A stretch of 64,000 bases of DNA. Source: Eubacterium sp. (lineage in GTDB: Bacteria; Bacillota; Clostridia; Lachnospirales; Lachnospiraceae). Below the pieces are notes generated by a model. It was given only the letters and a program-made list of their open reading frames with translations. It searched no databases and was not told the DNA's origin. The stretch lies in the NCBI GenBank assembly GCA_017539165.1, contig JAFYHN010000043.1, positions 42,588 to 106,587 of the forward strand, written 5' to 3'. Below are positions 38,600 to 48,010 of the stretch, one piece after another. A program made the translations under genes and the position numbers. Positions within the stretch are counted from its first letter, which is position 1. Every line of letters starts with the position of its first letter.

Positions 38600-39289
38600 A
38601 TGAAGATGGCAATATTAGAAATTAAGAATCTGACAAAGAAATATGGAGAGGGAGATGCTGCGGTAGTGGCACTTGATGATGTTTCTTTTTCAGTGGAAAA
38701 GGGTGAATTTACAGCGATAACAGGAACATCCGGTTCCGGAAAATCCACATTGATCAATATGATCGGAGGAATAGATAACCCCACCTCCGGCGAAGTTATC
38801 ATAGACGGTAAGGATATATCGCTTCTTTCAGAAGATGAACTGGCTATATTCAGAAGACGAAATCTGGGAATGATATATCAGTTTTATAATCTGATACCTA
38901 CACTTACAGCAGAAGAAAATATCGTTCTCCCATGGAGACTTGATGGACGTAAGAAAAATAGTAAAAAAGTAAAAGAATTACTTAAGGTTCTTGGACTGGA
39001 GGAGAGGGCAAATCACCTTCCGGGACAGATGTCAGGTGGTCAGCAGCAGAGAGTTTCCATAGGAAGAGCACTTATCAATGAACCAGCATTCATACTTGCT
39101 GATGAGCCAACCGGTAATCTGGACAGTAAGACGACAAGAGAGATAATAGATCTTTTAAAATATATGAATGAGCGTTATAAGCAGACAATCCTTCTGGTTA
39201 CACATGATGAGAAGATTGCACTGAGCGCAGACAGGATCATCACCATCGGAGATGGTAAGATTATCGGAGATGAGGTGATGAAAAAATGA
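38600..39289 (+). CDS. ABC transporter ATP-binding protein (LolD/MacB-type)
   Basis: GTSGSGKST, MSGGQQQRV, ILADEPTGNLD, VTHD. Confidence 0.95.
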   Translation: MKMAILEIKNLTKKYGEGDAAVVALDDVSFSVEKGEFTAITGTSGSGKSTLINMIGGIDNPTSGEVIIDGKDISLLSEDELAIFRRRNLGMIYQFYNLIPTLTAEENIVLPWRLDGRKKNSKKVKELLKVLGLEERANHLPGQMSGGQQQRVSIGRALINEPAFILADEPTGNLDSKTTREIIDLLKYMNERYKQTILLVTHDEKIALSADRIITIGDGKIIGDEVMKK

Positions 39290-41295
39290 AACTGACTGCA
39301 GAACTTGCTTTATCACAGGTAAAGAGAAATAAGAAAAGAACAACGGGAACTATATTTGCAACAGTTCTTGCTACTGCGCTTTTAACAGCGGTAATGTGTC
39401 TTGTTACAAGCGGCATGGAAATGCTTAAAATTTTTACGGGTTCTTCACATTCGGATTATAGAGCGGCATATAATTCAATACTCATCATACCGGCAGCATT
39501 GCTTGGACTTTTGATAGCTTTTATGTCTGTAACCGTTATATCAAATATATATGAAAGCAGTGCGAATAAACGTCTTTCGGAATTTGGTGTTCTGAAATGC
39601 GTTGGGGCAACTAAGAAGCAGATAAAAGAAACAGTTATCTATGAAAGTATATGGATAAGTATAATCGCTATACCTATCGGTATGATTGTAGGAACATTTC
39701 TTGGCTATATCAGTGTGCTGATAGCGGGAAGATATGTTTATAGATTTAATGAACTTTCTAAGAACATAGTAATGCGTCCTGTGATCTTTTCACTTTCTTT
39801 TCATATATCGATATGGACATATATATTTGCAGCTGTTTTTGCGAGTGTGATAGTTTTGATATCAGCAAGAAAACCTGCAAAGAATTCCGGGAAGATAACA
39901 GCTATTGAATGTATCAAAGGTGTGTCAGGGAATGCTATAAGAAATGTAGCTGTTAAGGAAAAGAAGAGTGTAGAAATGCTGTTTGGTTATGAGGGCATTT
40001 TGGGTTATACAAATCTGAAAAGAAATAAGACAGGTTATAAATCATCAGTTAGAGCTTTGACCCTTTCGATAATACTTATTCTTTTGACCGGAAGTTTTGT
40101 CAAACAGAGTGATGGGATAGTTTCCTGGATGAATTCTATCGGAACGGATATGGTTGTGACTTATGCTTCAATAGCAGATTATAAGAAAGTTGAATCTACA
40201 GATAAGGAAGAAACGATAATAAAGAAACCGATACCTTACGAGACTGCAGAGATAATATCGAAAAGATTAAAAGCGTATAAAGGCGGACTTAATGTTCTTG
40301 GTAGGGGATATGATTCAGGGACTTATAAAACTGTATCGGATGAATCTGTTATGACAGACGAATTAAGGGCTGTGAAACATGTTGTTGATGAAAATGGAGA
40401 GATGAATACTACTGTCATGGTCTATGACAGCCAAACTTATAATAAATTATGTGCTGAAGCGGGGGTGCCCGTAGGAAGCAATATCCTAATAAACTGTTAC
40501 AGATACAATGATAATGGAAGGATAAATCATATAAAACCTTTCAAAGACAGTATAAAAAAAGTAACACTTACAGATGCCTATGGGGAGACGAAGGAACTTG
40601 AGATTCACGGGGTCATAAATGAAAATGTTTTTGTGTCAGATGATCTTATGAAAAATGCTATTCCTAGTATTATGCAGGAACCTGTATATATCATTGTTCC
40701 GGATGGTGAATTCCGATTCTTTGATTGGTATAGTAAACCGCATGATTATGAAGATTACACCCAATATGCAAGGAAAGTGTTGAATGATTATTATCCGATT
40801 TTGACTGAAGACCCGTACGTGGATCAGGGATATACCGTAAGGATCAGTCGGGCAGATCAGATTGTTAAGGTAATGAATATAGCTATCGTTCTGGCTGAGG
40901 TTCTTTTGATAGGACTTATAATACTTTTGATCGTTATGGGATTTGTCAGTGCTATAAGTACACTGAGTACAAATATCAGACTGAGAAAGAGGGAGTTTGC
41001 TGTTCTTAAGAGTGTTGGTATGACAACAAAGTCTTTGGAAAAAATGCTTTACAGTGAAAGTATCATATGCATAATAAAATCCGTTTTTGGGGGAACAATT
41101 GTTGGAATAATACTTCCCTGGCTTATCAATCTATCAATCAGAAAGGTATTTCCGGTAAGGTATGAACTTCCTATAGCATCTCTGGTTATAGGCTTGGTCA
41201 TAGTAAGTGTATTACTTATTTTTATCACTAAAGTAGAGATAAAAGGTTTCAGAAAACAGAACATCATAGAGGATATCCGAATGGATGTGATGTGA
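39286..41295 (+). CDS. FtsX/MacB-like ABC permease
   Basis: RLSEFGVLKCVGAT and RKREFAVLKSVGMT FtsX signatures; two TM bundles; ATGA overlap with the ATPase gene. Confidence 0.88.
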   Translation: MKLTAELALSQVKRNKKRTTGTIFATVLATALLTAVMCLVTSGMEMLKIFTGSSHSDYRAAYNSILIIPAALLGLLIAFMSVTVISNIYESSANKRLSEFGVLKCVGATKKQIKETVIYESIWISIIAIPIGMIVGTFLGYISVLIAGRYVYRFNELSKNIVMRPVIFSLSFHISIWTYIFAAVFASVIVLISARKPAKNSGKITAIECIKGVSGNAIRNVAVKEKKSVEMLFGYEGILGYTNLKRNKTGYKSSVRALTLSIILILLTGSFVKQSDGIVSWMNSIGTDMVVTYASIADYKKVESTDKEETIIKKPIPYETAEIISKRLKAYKGGLNVLGRGYDSGTYKTVSDESVMTDELRAVKHVVDENGEMNTTVMVYDSQTYNKLCAEAGVPVGSNILINCYRYNDNGRINHIKPFKDSIKKVTLTDAYGETKELEIHGVINENVFVSDDLMKNAIPSIMQEPVYIIVPDGEFRFFDWYSKPHDYEDYTQYARKVLNDYYPILTEDPYVDQGYTVRISRADQIVKVMNIAIVLAEVLLIGLIILLIVMGFVSAISTLSTNIRLRKREFAVLKSVGMTTKSLEKMLYSESIICIIKSVFGGTIVGIILPWLINLSIRKVFPVRYELPIASLVIGLVIVSVLLIFITKVEIKGFRKQNIIEDIRMDVM

Positions 41296-41324
41296 TAACA
41301 GAGGGTGAAAAGGAAATGATATAT

Positions 41325-41360
41325 AAAAGGACGAGGCTTCGAGGAGCTTCGCCCTTTTTA
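41325..41360. terminator. Hairpin between convergent genes
   Basis: AAAAGG-ACGAGGCT...AGCTTCG-CCCTTTT. Confidence 0.55.
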
Positions 41361-41373
41361 TGTCATAAAAGCT

Positions 41374-42636
41374 TTATTCTTCTGTTATTTGATATGCACG
41401 TACATAATCTACATAGAATTTTGCAGGGAGTTTTGAATAATCTATCGGTCCGCCCCATTTTCCGTATTCTGCAGAAATGACTATATCAAGTGGTACGGCA
41501 CATGAACCGTCACCCCATTTATCTGCCGGGAAGTTGAAGAGGAGACAGCTTTCATCCATTCCGTCCATGTAAAGACGATAGCCGTCCTGATCCCAAACAT
41601 ACCATAGTTCATGATATTGGTCATAAAAATCATCGGTGATGTCATCTTTTATTTCACAATGAGTCTGAAGTTCAGGACCATATCCATCCCAGTGAACGCT
41701 CATACATAACTGTTTTTCGTGAGGGACAAGTTCTATTATATCCAGCTCGGCTCCATCTGTAGCGCCATTTCCGACAGAATCTTCCATCTTATCGGTATAA
41801 AGCCATAAAGCATACCATAGACCATCAGCGTAATTCATTTTGAATCTCATGTGGTATAGACCATATGTCTGTTCGTATGCAGGATTTGAACGTATTCCTC
41901 CGCTTATAGGAGTTCCGTTCTCGTCGACATTACAGGTGATCACATAATTACCGCCTTCCACATTACTGCATGAATTTCTCCATTCACCGCCGATATCTTG
42001 TCGCACGCCTTCTGGGCAGTAGTGCCATTTGCTGCTGTCCCAGGTGTCGAATTCATCCGAGAATGTTAATGTATATTTTTTTCCATTGAATATAACTTCG
42101 TCAACATTATCTATATTGTCGATTACTTTATCTGGGGTTTTATTCGAGGGTTTGTCTGGAGTTTTGTCCGGAGTCTTGTCTGGAGTTTTGTCTGGAGTCT
42201 TGTCTGGAGTTTTGTCCGGAGTCTTGTCTGGAGTTTTGTCTGGGGTCTTATCTGGAGTTTTGTCTGGGGTCTTATCCGGCGTTTTGTTCGGTTTTTTGGG
42301 GGATTTTTTTACGACAGTGACTTTACACTTATATATCTTGCCTTTGTATTTAGCTCTTACGTAAGTTGTTCCTGGCTTTTTAGCGGTAATCTTACACTTA
42401 TATTTATTCTTATTACTGAGCTTTATCACGCTCTTTTTACCGACAGACCACTTTACTTTGGCTTTTGAATTTATGCCATTGAGTTTTAGAGTATAACTGC
42501 TATCCTGTTTAAGAGTTATCTTGTTTTTGCTTATTTTAATTCGGGATTTTGCGTATGTGCAGGTAAATGGCACAAAAACAATGATCAGCAAGATAATTGC
42601 TAATAGATAAATGATTCTTTTTTTAGTTGATTGCAT
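41374..42636 (-). CDS. Secreted GH16 glycoside hydrolase with Ig-like domain and TPDK repeat linker
   Basis: Signal peptide; VKWS...YKCKVTV Ig-like segment; FSDEF, ELDIIE (ExDxxE), FYVDYVRAY. Confidence 0.88.
   Translation of the reverse strand: MQSTKKRIIYLLAIILLIIVFVPFTCTYAKSRIKISKNKITLKQDSSYTLKLNGINSKAKVKWSVGKKSVIKLSNKNKYKCKITAKKPGTTYVRAKYKGKIYKCKVTVVKKSPKKPNKTPDKTPDKTPDKTPDKTPDKTPDKTPDKTPDKTPDKTPDKTPDKPSNKTPDKVIDNIDNVDEVIFNGKKYTLTFSDEFDTWDSSKWHYCPEGVRQDIGGEWRNSCSNVEGGNYVITCNVDENGTPISGGIRSNPAYEQTYGLYHMRFKMNYADGLWYALWLYTDKMEDSVGNGATDGAELDIIELVPHEKQLCMSVHWDGYGPELQTHCEIKDDITDDFYDQYHELWYVWDQDGYRLYMDGMDESCLLFNFPADKWGDGSCAVPLDIVISAEYGKWGGPIDYSKLPAKFYVDYVRAYQITEE
42152..42283 (-). repeat. 12-bp tandem repeat, 11 contiguous units, encoding (TPDK)n
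   Basis: Units TT(G/A)TC(T/C)GG(A/G/C)GT(T/C) on the + strand; one further degenerate unit nearby. Confidence 0.92.
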
Positions 42637-42739
42637 TAGAATACCACCTTTTAAATATTTTTAACCTTAAGCATGTATTGTAGCACATAATGATAATAAT
42701 GCAATCAGCGAAATAACTAAAAAAAGATGGCAATATGTC

Positions 42740-42771
42740 AAAAAGGAGAGCCCGCTTATCAGCGAGCTCTC
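42740..42771 (-). terminator. Rho-independent terminator
   Basis: Minus strand GAGAGCTCGCT-GATA-AGCGGGCTCTC-CTTTTT. Confidence 0.75.
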
Positions 42772-42805
42772 AGACTGTTATACATATTTAATTATTTTAT
42801 GGATA

Positions 42806-43723
42806 TTATTCTTCTTCAGACTCAGTTGTCTCTTCCTCAGTTGACTCTTCAGAAGATTCCTCTGTTTCTTCTTCGGATGGCTCTTCCTCAGTTGATTCCT
42901 CTGTGGATTCAGTAGTTGTTTCTTCCTCAGACTCTGTAGTTGTCTCTTCGTCAGAAGAACTATCAGTTTCGTTTGAAGAACTATCTGAGTTTATATCATA
43001 GTCAAACGTATTTCCGTCAATATCGATAGTTTTAATATCTTTCATGTCATTATTATTAAGGTATTCAGCAACAGCCTTACGAGCGTACTCGATAATCTCT
43101 GAATCCTTCTCGTCTGCAGATATTAATCTGTCTGAAAGACCATCATGTCCCTCACACATAGCTTCGACGTCTTCTTCAAGTGTGTCTTTTTTTGCCCATT
43201 TGATATCTTTGACATCATACTCAGTAGAGTTTTTAATAAATGCATCCATCTTGGCAATGCCAGTGAATGTTCCTGTAGTCTTTATAGTATCTCCATCCTT
43301 TTTGAAACCAAAGAATATGTACTTACCGATGATGTCATAAGCATCCTGAGCATCTTCTTTTTCAATCTCTTCATTATCTACAGGTACAGTTAAGATAATC
43401 TCAGCATCTTTACCTAATTCAGTCTCAACGCTCTTAGCCATTTTTTCAAACTGATTCTTTCTGTTTTTATTATCTAAACCGTATATATAAGTCTTTTTGA
43501 CAGAAGAGTCGCTTTCAGAAGCAGTAAGCTTGTCATCTTTCTTCTTGATATCCTTAGATATCTGCTCTGTAGTAGCTTCTGTTGTGATTGTTTCAGCCTC
43601 TGTAACTACTATAGCCTCTGTAGTCGCCTCGGATACAGTATCAGCTTCGTTATTTATACCACATCCTGTAAGACCTAATCCCATTGCTGCAATAATTAAA
43701 TAAGCATGTCTACGTTTTGTCAT
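42806..43723 (-). CDS. Lipoprotein with acidic Glu/Ser/Thr-rich tail, function unknown
   Basis: Lipobox LGLTGC; EETTTES-type repeats at the C-terminus. Confidence 0.8.
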   Translation of the reverse strand: MTKRRHAYLIIAAMGLGLTGCGINNEADTVSEATTEAIVVTEAETITTEATTEQISKDIKKKDDKLTASESDSSVKKTYIYGLDNKNRKNQFEKMAKSVETELGKDAEIILTVPVDNEEIEKEDAQDAYDIIGKYIFFGFKKDGDTIKTTGTFTGIAKMDAFIKNSTEYDVKDIKWAKKDTLEEDVEAMCEGHDGLSDRLISADEKDSEIIEYARKAVAEYLNNNDMKDIKTIDIDGNTFDYDINSDSSSNETDSSSDEETTTESEEETTTESTEESTEEEPSEEETEESSEESTEEETTESEEE

Positions 43724-43918
43724 AATTTCACCTCTTTTTTTCCGTTTAAGACTACAGGGGGCATGGTAACAAAGAATTTTATCAGTTTTCCATCATTTTT
43801 TCATGCATATGAAATCAAATTCTTGTTTCAAAGATGATTCGAATGTGGTAGAATGCATTTATATTTTGCGTTATCCTGACTCATTTTGGATGATGCAATA
43901 CAGGAGGTTAAGAAGGTT

Positions 43919-45103
43919 ATGAGTAAAAAAATGTTCAAGAAACTGCTGACTTGTTTGGCACTGGTGTCATTCACACTGCTTGCATCGGTAAAGGCCGAAG
44001 CGAATACCATAACTACAGCAACGTCTGTACCTATGGATAAAACTGTTACCGGAAAACTGAGTTCGGAAAAAGATATTCAGTATTACAAGTTTACGACTGG
44101 TAAAAATTCTTACTGTGTATTTTCATTTGTTCCTAACGGAAGCGCTGAAGCTATAGAATCAGGATGGAATATAACTATTCTGGATTCGAACTATAAAAAG
44201 CTTTTCGGATATAATCGTGTTGATGAGGCATTCAGATCAGTACGTATGGAAATGCCGGCAGGTACGGTCTTCTATGTAAAAGTTGAAGCGTATTATAATG
44301 ATTATAGGCCTTTAGCTCCAGTTGGTGTGAGTTACAGTCTTCAGGTAAGTCAGACAAATGACCCAACTTGGGAAAAAGAGAAGAATGATACAAAGAAGAC
44401 TGCGAATGCTCTCACAGAGGGAAAGCCTATATATGGAATCACATGGAAGGGTTCTGATGTAGATTATTATAAGTACAAACTGAAAAAGAATGGATATGCT
44501 CAGTTTACGTTTGTACCTGAGGACGTAAGCGATGATGGATTAGGTTGGAATGTTACATTCTTCGACAAGAATATGAAGACACTGGCCAAATATAATAGAG
44601 TTGATGAGGAAGCATTTAAGAGTATTAGATTCAATCTGAAAAAGGGCAGCACGATATATGTAAAGGTTGAGGCTTACAACTCAGAGATTTATTCTCCTAT
44701 CAATAGAAAGTATTCATTATCTGTAAAAGAAAAGGCTACTAAGAACTGGGAGAATCCAGAGAATAACAACTCTTTCAGCAAGGCTACTCGTGTTAAGAGT
44801 GTGAAAACAGGAACTATATTGTATTCTGAAGACGTGGATTACTTCAAAGTAAAGACAACAAAAGCAAAGAAAAGAGTTAAATTCGTGATCAAAGGTGACT
44901 CAGAGATGGTTGGCCACGGATATGAGATAAAGGTATATGATAGTAGTAAAAAGGAAATAAAAAGATTATCTGATCATTATATAACAGAAGATAAGTCTTA
45001 CAGATTTAAACCGGGTAAAGTATACTATTTTAAAGTTACATCTACTTATCCAGGATTAAGCGGAGGACCTATTGATGTTCCTTATAGTATAAAACTTTAT
45101 TAA
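43919..45103 (+). CDS. Secreted protein made of three PPC-like beta-sandwich repeats
   Basis: Signal peptide; D(I/V)(Q/D)Y(Y/F)K repeated three times; E-x-x-N(D/N) motifs between repeats. Start at ATG 43919. Confidence 0.65.
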   Translation: MSKKMFKKLLTCLALVSFTLLASVKAEANTITTATSVPMDKTVTGKLSSEKDIQYYKFTTGKNSYCVFSFVPNGSAEAIESGWNITILDSNYKKLFGYNRVDEAFRSVRMEMPAGTVFYVKVEAYYNDYRPLAPVGVSYSLQVSQTNDPTWEKEKNDTKKTANALTEGKPIYGITWKGSDVDYYKYKLKKNGYAQFTFVPEDVSDDGLGWNVTFFDKNMKTLAKYNRVDEEAFKSIRFNLKKGSTIYVKVEAYNSEIYSPINRKYSLSVKEKATKNWENPENNNSFSKATRVKSVKTGTILYSEDVDYFKVKTTKAKKRVKFVIKGDSEMVGHGYEIKVYDSSKKEIKRLSDHYITEDKSYRFKPGKVYYFKVTSTYPGLSGGPIDVPYSIKLY

Positions 45104-45110
45104 ATAATGA

Positions 45111-45146
45111 GGGCGATGCAAAATAAAATGCATCGCCCGTTTTTTT
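45111..45146 (+). terminator. Rho-independent terminator
   Basis: GGGCGATGCA...TGCATCGCCC followed by a T-run. Confidence 0.85.
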
Positions 45147-45247
45147 CTATTGATTTTAATTACGTAAGAATATATTCTAAGTTTATGTTATAATTAATCT
45201 ATCGAATAAACTATAACAAGTAATGTTACAGGGGGCAGAATAGTTTT

Positions 45248-46990
45248 ATGATTCAGAAAATCCGGAATAGCCTTATCATGCAGCTTATATGTATCGTGTT
45301 TGCTGTTCTGGTTGTGTTGGCAGTGACCCTTTTTACATCATATTTGTATGTCCGGGAGACTACACTGAATTATACGGAGACGCTGTCTGACAGTTTGCTC
45401 AGACAGGCTGATAATGCGCTCAGTCTATATGAGGAAAATCTTCGTTATAATGCAGAGGCTTTATGCCAGTTTATGGTTATGAAAGAACTGGGAGTAGATG
45501 AAGATGGGCCTGAAAGTACATCTCGGAAAAAAATGAGTGAGGATGAGCTTCAGCAAAAAAAAGAAGTTCAAGAAGCACAGATATCATCTTATTATTCTCA
45601 GATAGTTCTAAAAAATCGAGAAATCGTCTCAGCTATTCTCTTTGATTCGGATATGAAAACTATTGTTTCGCTTGGTAAACCGGTAGATTTACCAGAGAAA
45701 CAATTATACCTCAGACAGGAAGAGGATCTGAATGCCGATAATTATTTTCCAGAATCAAATGATTTCTTTTATGCATTTTATTATCCTATTTATAGTGGTA
45801 CAGGTGGTGGTTCCCAGAAGCAGTTAGGAATGTGTGTTTTCATTCTGGAACATTGGAGAATCGATGGAACGCTTCACAATATCCTGAATGACAATATGGC
45901 TGCAATGCTGCTTAGTGATTCTAATAAGCTGAATCTCGCATTCCATACATTTGGAAATATTACACCTGGTGTCACGATGTCTGATCTCAGACAAGATAGT
46001 GATTATATATATAGAGAAGGTAACTGGCAGAATGGTATACGAATAGCTTTGGCTGTTTCTGTTTCGGGTAATACTTCCGAAAGCGCTGGAGTACAGAAGC
46101 TTATAGTTGTTGCTGCGGTGCTATCATCGTTATTGCTTACGATAATCATCTTTTTCTCTTATTATCAGATGGCTAAACCAATTCATGAACTTGATAGATT
46201 TATTGCTGAATCCATAGGTCATCCAGAGAATAGACTTAAAATGAACAGAACGGATGAGATTGGTACGGTTGCGGCGAGCCTGGATCATATGCTGGATGAG
46301 AATCAGCTTATGATCAAAGAAATCAAGAATAGTAAGATACGCCTTTACGAGACAGAACTGGCTCAGCAGAAGATGGAGATCCTTGCATACCGTAATCAGA
46401 TTAATCCGCACTTCCTCTACAATACGTTATCCTGTATGAGAGATATGGCGCTTATCAAGGATGAAAATGACATCGCTGAGATGGCTATGGCTTTATCGGA
46501 TATATTCAGATATGCAGTTAAAGGAAGTAATATTGTAACAGTACGTGATGAAGTATCATACATAGATAAATTCGCCAGAATTATTGAATACCGTTTCATG
46601 GGTAAGATAATGATTGAAACTAATGCGGCAGATGAAGTTCTGGATAAACCGATGATAAGATTCTTCCTTCAGCCGTTGGTTGAGAATTCTGTATTCCATG
46701 GACTTGAAGGGAAAATGGAAGACGGATATGTCGATGTCCGTATTGAGAGTGTAGATGACAGACTTGAGCTGGTGGTAAAAGATAACGGATGCGGAATGGA
46801 TGAGGAAACGTTAGAGAATCTTAGAGAGAAGTTTACAAATCCACGTGAAAGTACCGGCATAGGAATATCGAATATCGTACAACGACTTCGATTGTTCTAT
46901 GGTGATGATTACAGAATGAGCGTAGAAAGTGAGATAGATAAGGGCACAATCATCAGAATATCAGTGCCTGATCATATAAGAGAACCCTAG
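45248..46990 (+). CDS. YesM-like sensor histidine kinase
   Basis: Two TMs, HAMP (DEIG), QINPHFLYNTL, LQPLVENSVFHG, DNGCGM, GIGISNI. Confidence 0.92.
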   Translation: MIQKIRNSLIMQLICIVFAVLVVLAVTLFTSYLYVRETTLNYTETLSDSLLRQADNALSLYEENLRYNAEALCQFMVMKELGVDEDGPESTSRKKMSEDELQQKKEVQEAQISSYYSQIVLKNREIVSAILFDSDMKTIVSLGKPVDLPEKQLYLRQEEDLNADNYFPESNDFFYAFYYPIYSGTGGGSQKQLGMCVFILEHWRIDGTLHNILNDNMAAMLLSDSNKLNLAFHTFGNITPGVTMSDLRQDSDYIYREGNWQNGIRIALAVSVSGNTSESAGVQKLIVVAAVLSSLLLTIIIFFSYYQMAKPIHELDRFIAESIGHPENRLKMNRTDEIGTVAASLDHMLDENQLMIKEIKNSKIRLYETELAQQKMEILAYRNQINPHFLYNTLSCMRDMALIKDENDIAEMAMALSDIFRYAVKGSNIVTVRDEVSYIDKFARIIEYRFMGKIMIETNAADEVLDKPMIRFFLQPLVENSVFHGLEGKMEDGYVDVRIESVDDRLELVVKDNGCGMDEETLENLREKFTNPRESTGIGISNIVQRLRLFYGDDYRMSVESEIDKGTIIRISVPDHIREP

Positions 46991-47014
46991 GTCCATCAGG
47001 GAGGAATGATTTAG

Positions 47015-47737
47015 ATGATTAATGTTTATATTGCAGACGATGAAGTATGGATAACGCTTGGATTAAAGAAGCTATTGGAAAAACTGGATATTGATGCAAG
47101 GGTTGTGGGAACAGCCAATAACGGACTGACCGCAAAAGAAGAGATTGCGTTCTTTAAGCCGGACGTTGTTTTTACTGATATAAGGATGCCAGGGCTTACG
47201 GGACTGGAACTTCTAAGAGCAATTCCGGAAGTTTCTCCTGATTCGAAGGTGGTTATAATATCCGGATACGCAGAGTTTTCATATGCACAGGAAGCAGTGC
47301 AGCATCATGCTTTTGATTATCTATTGAAACCTATAAAGGAAGAGGAACTTACAAGGGTTATGTCAGCGATAATCAATAATATGGGAGCGGAGACTGGTGA
47401 TGAAAGTAGAGAGCCGGCTTATGACAGAGTGATAGATAATGTTATCACAGAGATAAGAGAACATTATATGGAAGATATTTCTCTTACATCACTTGCGGCA
47501 AAGTACAATATCAGTATGGGACATCTCAGTAAGATGATCAAAGAACATCTGAAGGTTAATTTTTCGGATTATATAGCGTCTCTAAGAATACAGCGATCGA
47601 AGGAACTTCTACGTGATGACAGCCTTTCCATACAGGAAATCGCTGAGATTGTAGGATATAATGACTACTTTTATTTTACCAAAGTATTTAAAAAAGTAGA
47701 GGGCATATCGCCTAGTAAGTATCGAAAATCTATATAG
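47015..47737 (+). CDS. YesN-like response regulator (receiver + AraC HTH)
   Basis: IADDE, TDIRMPG, DYLLKPI, VGYNDYFYFTKVFKKVEGISPSKYR. Confidence 0.93.
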   Translation: MINVYIADDEVWITLGLKKLLEKLDIDARVVGTANNGLTAKEEIAFFKPDVVFTDIRMPGLTGLELLRAIPEVSPDSKVVIISGYAEFSYAQEAVQHHAFDYLLKPIKEEELTRVMSAIINNMGAETGDESREPAYDRVIDNVITEIREHYMEDISLTSLAAKYNISMGHLSKMIKEHLKVNFSDYIASLRIQRSKELLRDDSLSIQEIAEIVGYNDYFYFTKVFKKVEGISPSKYRKSI

Positions 47738-48010
47738 ATTATTCAAAGAAAGGTCGCAATGTGCAGTAAAAACTGTGCGATTTTGCGGTCTTTTTTTGCT
47801 TTTTGTTTCGTTTTTTGTAATATATTTCCAATAGAAGTGCAGAAAATTACAAAAAAAGAGAAAATTTTACCAATCCGTAAAATATATTCCATGTTTTTTT
47901 AGTATTAATAGCTATAAGATGGTTACATCAAGAAAAGGAGAGTACTCGCATAGTAACTTGAAGGAATTTTTAAGAGGATAATTGTTTTATTTATCAGGAG
48001 GTAGGTTTTT

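Noticed and set aside
42152-42283. Tandem repeats as a possible CRISPR array
   Set aside because: 12-bp head-to-tail units without spacers, in frame within a CDS; no cas genes.
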